Origin: Desulfobacterales bacterium
GTDB taxonomy: Bacteria; Desulfobacterota; Desulfobacteria; Desulfobacterales; UBA2174
Length of the DNA: 64,000 bases
Reading direction: 5' to 3'
Assembly (NCBI GenBank): GCA_963668645.2
Contig: CAXXWC010000021.1
Span: 384,001 to 448,000, forward strand
Part shown: positions 59,897 through 64,000 of the stretch, in pieces
Numbering within the stretch: position 1 is the first letter of the stretch
Layout: the number at the start of each line of letters is the position of its first letter
Notes under the pieces: generated by a model
Told to the model about the DNA's origin: nothing
What the model saw: only the letters and a program-made list of their open reading frames with translations
The model's database searches: none
Translations under genes and position numbers: made by a program

Positions 59897-61195
59897 ATGC
59901 GAAAAGTGATGCGAACCGTAAACCTGCTGACCGTCCTGGCACTGCTGAGCGCCCTGGCCGTGCCGGCGCTCGCCGGCGAGGTCATCGACAAGACCAACTG
60001 CGATAAAATCAAGGGAATGGTGCCCGACAGCGTCATGGCCTGGATCCAGAAGGGGGACATGACCATTACGATCGTCGACAAACTCGACTTCGACACCGGC
60101 GCCATCATGAAAGAGCCGTCCTTTGTGGCCGAATGCGACAAGAACCGCGGCAAATACGCGCTCAAGGAAGGCTTCATCGTCGACGCGGCCACCGGCAACA
60201 GCGCGGGGTTCATCGCCGGCCTGCCCTTTCCCGACCCCATCGACGCCAAGGACCCCGACGCCTTTTACAAGGTCAACTACAACCGCTACTACAACCTGCA
60301 CCGTATCGGCTCGATCCGCTTCGTCTTTCTCGGCGAGCTGATCAGCCGCAAAGGCCTGGAAAAAAAGGTCACGGGCAACTTTCTCAACTACTCCTACGAC
60401 GGATACCCGCCCCAGCGCGACACGCCCAACGATGACGACATCAAGTTCATGAGCATCAACAACATCACCTTCCCCTACGATATGAAGGGGGTGGCTTCGA
60501 TGATGTGGCGCTACCGGGAAAACAAGCCTGACATGTGCTATAATTACCTTCCCGGCATCCGGCGGGTGCGCCGCGGCAGCCCGGCCGGGCGCAGCGACTC
60601 CTTCGCCGGCTCGGAGCTGACCCTCGACGACCAGGGCGGCTACCAGGGCAAGATTTCCGCCATGAACATGCGCGTGGTTGAAGAGAAGGTCGCCCTGGTG
60701 CCCTGGGTCGACACCAAACCGGTGCCGGTCCAGCCCAACGACAAGGGAGAGTGGGTCACCGGCAAAGACGCGCCCAAACTGCAGATTGGCTACCGCCTGG
60801 GCGACAAGTGGAAGGGTGCCCCCTGGGCCATGCCCGGGCTCAAGTACGTCAAGCGCACCGTTCTGGTGGGCGAAATGGTGGCCAAGGATCAGAGCTACAA
60901 TTACGGCGTGAGCATCATGTGGTGTGACAAGGAAACCGGCATGGCCTGCTACAAGGTCAACTACGATCGCAAAAAGGAATACTGGAAGACGATGATCCTC
61001 GGCCTGGCGGCCTTCGGCGCCAAGGACGACCCGCAAAAGCGCTGGTTCGAGATGGGCTCGACGCTGATCGTCGACGACCGGGCCGACCGGGCCACGATCA
61101 TCGAACAGGTCACCCCGGATCACCCGTACGTTTTTTACGCCAACAACCCGCGCAACGACTTCTCCCTGGGCGGATTCGGCAAATACTGCAAATAG
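59897..61195 (+). CDS. DUF1329-family periplasmic protein
   Basis: GLPFP, YLPGIRRVRR, YDRKKEYWK. Confidence 0.85.
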   Translation: MRKVMRTVNLLTVLALLSALAVPALAGEVIDKTNCDKIKGMVPDSVMAWIQKGDMTITIVDKLDFDTGAIMKEPSFVAECDKNRGKYALKEGFIVDAATGNSAGFIAGLPFPDPIDAKDPDAFYKVNYNRYYNLHRIGSIRFVFLGELISRKGLEKKVTGNFLNYSYDGYPPQRDTPNDDDIKFMSINNITFPYDMKGVASMMWRYRENKPDMCYNYLPGIRRVRRGSPAGRSDSFAGSELTLDDQGGYQGKISAMNMRVVEEKVALVPWVDTKPVPVQPNDKGEWVTGKDAPKLQIGYRLGDKWKGAPWAMPGLKYVKRTVLVGEMVAKDQSYNYGVSIMWCDKETGMACYKVNYDRKKEYWKTMILGLAAFGAKDDPQKRWFEMGSTLIVDDRADRATIIEQVTPDHPYVFYANNPRNDFSLGGFGKYCK

Positions 61196-61214
61196 GAAGA
61201 TAACTGGAGCACTG

Positions 61215-61835
61215 ATGGGATCCAAGGAACGCCGTGCCCGGGAGCGAGAAAAACGCCGCAGCCAGATCCTCAATGCGGCCCGCTCGCTGCTGTTCTGCAA
61301 AGGGATGGAGGCCACCAGCATCAACCAGATCGCCCGCCAGGCCGAACTGGGAACCGCTTCGATCTATTCCTACTTCGAAAACCGTGAGGCGATCTTCGTG
61401 GCCCTGGAGGCTGAGGGGCTCCAACTGCTTTATCTGACGATGAACTGGGCCGCGCAGGAACCGGGCACGGCGGCCCAGCGCCTCGAACGCATGGCCATGG
61501 CCTACCTGCAATTCAGCCTGGAGCACCGCGACTATTTCAGCATCATCAACCACTTTCTGACCTCGCCGGTGGCGGGGATCTCACCGAACTTCGCCACCGA
61601 CCCCGAGGGGCTGGGCAACCGCATCATCACCCTGTTCGTCACGGCCCTTACCGAGGGCGTGGCGGCCGGCGTCTTTCGCGACGTTGATCCGCGCCGCACC
61701 GCGGTGACCTTCTGGAGCACCCTGCACAGCCTGATCCTCTTTGAGAAAATCAGCAACACCCCGCTGATGGGCGAAGACTACAAGGATCTTTACACTTACG
61801 CCGCAAAGAACATGATTCAAGGCCTCTGTCGATGA
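61215..61835 (+). CDS. TetR-family regulator, paralogue of 50190-50834
   Basis: SINQIARQAELGTASIYSYF. Confidence 0.92.
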   Translation: MGSKERRAREREKRRSQILNAARSLLFCKGMEATSINQIARQAELGTASIYSYFENREAIFVALEAEGLQLLYLTMNWAAQEPGTAAQRLERMAMAYLQFSLEHRDYFSIINHFLTSPVAGISPNFATDPEGLGNRIITLFVTALTEGVAAGVFRDVDPRRTAVTFWSTLHSLILFEKISNTPLMGEDYKDLYTYAAKNMIQGLCR

Positions 61836-63718
61836 CCACTGAAAAACTCGTCGTAGCGGCCGCCGGCAACCCGGTGCTCCAGGTCGACCTGAGCACCGGT
61901 ACGGCGGTGCACATTACCATCACCGAAGCGGACCGGCGCCGCTATCTCGGCGGCAAGGGCCTCGGGATAAAACTGCTCTACGATCGGTTCGGACCGGATC
62001 CTGATCCGCTGGGGCCGGACAACTGGATCGCCCTGATGCCCGGCGTGCTCATCGGCACCGGGGCTCCGTGTTCGGCCCGCTTCGCGGCCCTGACCCGTTC
62101 GCCGCTCACCGGGATCATGCTTTCTTGTTCCTGCGGCGGCCCCTTCGGGGTGGCGCTGAAAAGCGCCGGCTACGACGGTCTGCTGATCACCGGCCGGGCA
62201 GCCGCACCCTCGGTGCTGGCCATCGACAGTGAAAAAATCGCCATCACCCCGGCCGGCAATCTTTGGGGGCTGGAGACCGACGCGGCCCAGGCCGCCCTGT
62301 CCCCCGGCCGGCTCGACGGGGTTTTGGCCATCGGTCCGGCCGGAGAAAACCTGGTGCGCTTTGCCAACGCGGCCTCCGGTCACCGCTTTTTGGGCCGCGG
62401 CGGCCTGGGGGCGGTCATGGGCGCCAAACGGCTCAAGGCCGTGGTGGCTCGGGGCCGCAAGGCGCGAATCGTGCCGGCCTGGCCGGAAGCTTTCAAGAAA
62501 TGCGTGCGCCAGGCCAACAGGCGCTTGACCCATAACCGCTTTACCGCTGAAGTCTACCATCGCTACGGGACCCCGGGGAACCTCAAGATCTGCGATACGG
62601 CCGGGATCCTGCCGGTGAACAACTTCACCGCCGGGCGCCATCCCGAAAGCCACCGGGTGGCCGGCGAGACCATGGCCGAGCGCTTCGACACCTCGGCCAG
62701 CGCCTGCCGGCTTTGCCCCATCCGCTGCGGCCACAAGGGGACCCTGTCCGACGGCACGGTCCACCAGGTGCCCGAGTTCGAAACCGTGGGACTGCTCGGC
62801 ACCAACCTGGGGATCTTCGATCCGGAACAGATCGTGGTTTTCAACGATATCTGCAACCGGCTCGGGATGGACACGATCTCGGCCGGCGCCACCATCGCCT
62901 TTATCATGGAGGCCGCCGAACGCGGCCTGATCCGCAGCGACCTGCGCTTCGGGCGTCCCGAGGGGATCGCCGAAGCCCTGGAAGCCACGGCCTGGCGCAG
63001 CAAGACGGGCGATCTGATGGCAGAGGGGACCCGGCTGATGGCCGAAAAGATCGGCGGCCGCGACATGGCCCAGCACGTCAAGGGGCTGGACATGGCCGCC
63101 TACGATCCGCGCGGGGCCTGGGGCCAGGGACTGGCCTACGCGGTGGCCAACCGCGGCGGGTGCCATCTGTCCGCCTACCTGGTGAGCCTGGAAGTCTTCT
63201 ACGGGTTGCTCAACCCCCACACCACCTGGGCCAAGCCGCAGTTCGTCAAATTCTTCGAGGACCTGACTTGCTGCATCAATGCGCTGCACACCTGCCAGTT
63301 CACCATGTACGCCTACTGCATGGAAGCCCCCATTGCGCGCTATACGCCCAAGTTCCTGCTCGGTTTTTCCATGCAGTGGCTGCCGCACCTGGCCCTGCCC
63401 CTGATCGATGTCCTGGTCTACCGCAACCTCTGGCAGGCCGCCACGGGTATGCGCATCTCACGCCGCGCCTTTCTGCGGGCCGGGGCCCGGATTCACGTGC
63501 TCGAACGGCTGATGAACACCGGCTGGGGCATCCGGGCAGAAGATGACACCCTGCCGCCGCGATTTCTCCACACCAGCCACGACCCCAGGCAAAAGCCGGT
63601 CCCCCTTGCCAAGATGCTGCCGCGCTACTACCGGTGCCGCGGCTACGATGCGGCCGGCATTCCCACCGCCCACACCCTGGCCCGGCTCGGTATCGAGGGC
63701 CAACCGGCCGGCAAATAA
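61832..63718 (+). CDS. Aldehyde:ferredoxin oxidoreductase family (W/Mo)
   Basis: YLGGKGLG, IGPAGEN, GRGGLGAVMGAK, CRLCPIRC, GMDTIS, RGGCH. Confidence 0.92.
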   Translation: MTTEKLVVAAAGNPVLQVDLSTGTAVHITITEADRRRYLGGKGLGIKLLYDRFGPDPDPLGPDNWIALMPGVLIGTGAPCSARFAALTRSPLTGIMLSCSCGGPFGVALKSAGYDGLLITGRAAAPSVLAIDSEKIAITPAGNLWGLETDAAQAALSPGRLDGVLAIGPAGENLVRFANAASGHRFLGRGGLGAVMGAKRLKAVVARGRKARIVPAWPEAFKKCVRQANRRLTHNRFTAEVYHRYGTPGNLKICDTAGILPVNNFTAGRHPESHRVAGETMAERFDTSASACRLCPIRCGHKGTLSDGTVHQVPEFETVGLLGTNLGIFDPEQIVVFNDICNRLGMDTISAGATIAFIMEAAERGLIRSDLRFGRPEGIAEALEATAWRSKTGDLMAEGTRLMAEKIGGRDMAQHVKGLDMAAYDPRGAWGQGLAYAVANRGGCHLSAYLVSLEVFYGLLNPHTTWAKPQFVKFFEDLTCCINALHTCQFTMYAYCMEAPIARYTPKFLLGFSMQWLPHLALPLIDVLVYRNLWQAATGMRISRRAFLRAGARIHVLERLMNTGWGIRAEDDTLPPRFLHTSHDPRQKPVPLAKMLPRYYRCRGYDAAGIPTAHTLARLGIEGQPAGK

Positions 63719-64000
63719 AAAATCGGACTTGGCCGCTTAACCATCCTCCATCCCGCCCCGCGGCCTGCATCGACAAACAACCTTGGCGACAGCGCCGCGA
63801 GTGTGCTATCAGTGCCGGTCGATGCGGCCGCCGCAACGGCCGTCAACGCAACGCCGCCGCCCCGCGACCGGGCGGCCGGAAGGGAGCCGAAGACAACCGT
63901 GTCCGTTCTGGAAACCACCCCACGCCCACTGGTGGCCGACTGGTCCACCTTGCAGCGCATTTTCCTCAAGCCGGAAAACGATGCAGCCCGCAGCGCCCTG

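Overview
GC-rich bacterial chromosome segment; gene content suggests a Desulfobacterales-type sulfate reducer (inference). The left core (1-6.4 kb) has the lysC 3' end, pyrF and a GlpD-like/alkyl-DHAP-synthase-like/FGGY-kinase operon. A lower-GC, IS-scarred accessory zone (6.4-23 kb) has an HD-GYP/CHASE2-cyclase/FecR/OmpA module, eutBC, a D-Ala-D-Ala dipeptidase, higBA and an integrase remnant. A 15.9-kb island sits in the 3' end of tRNA-Leu(CAG), with 22-bp att repeats at 23103-23124 and 38987-39008. Removing its three IS elements at their target duplications leaves an ~8.7-kb element. That element encodes an integrase, a second small tyrosine recombinase, two candidate defence genes and an in-frame 518-aa family-A/T7-like (TV-Pol-type) polymerase. 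The polymerase gene is hidden in three pieces and is followed by five hairpins; this element is the top finding. The right core (39-64 kb) has ribF, def-fmt-rsmB, TerC with a candidate riboswitch, ogt and rlmI. It also holds a two-TetR hydrophobic-substrate cluster (TPP lyase, SDR, YCF48/RND/DUF1302/DUF1329, AOR). All product calls come from motif recognition by eye; no database searches were run.
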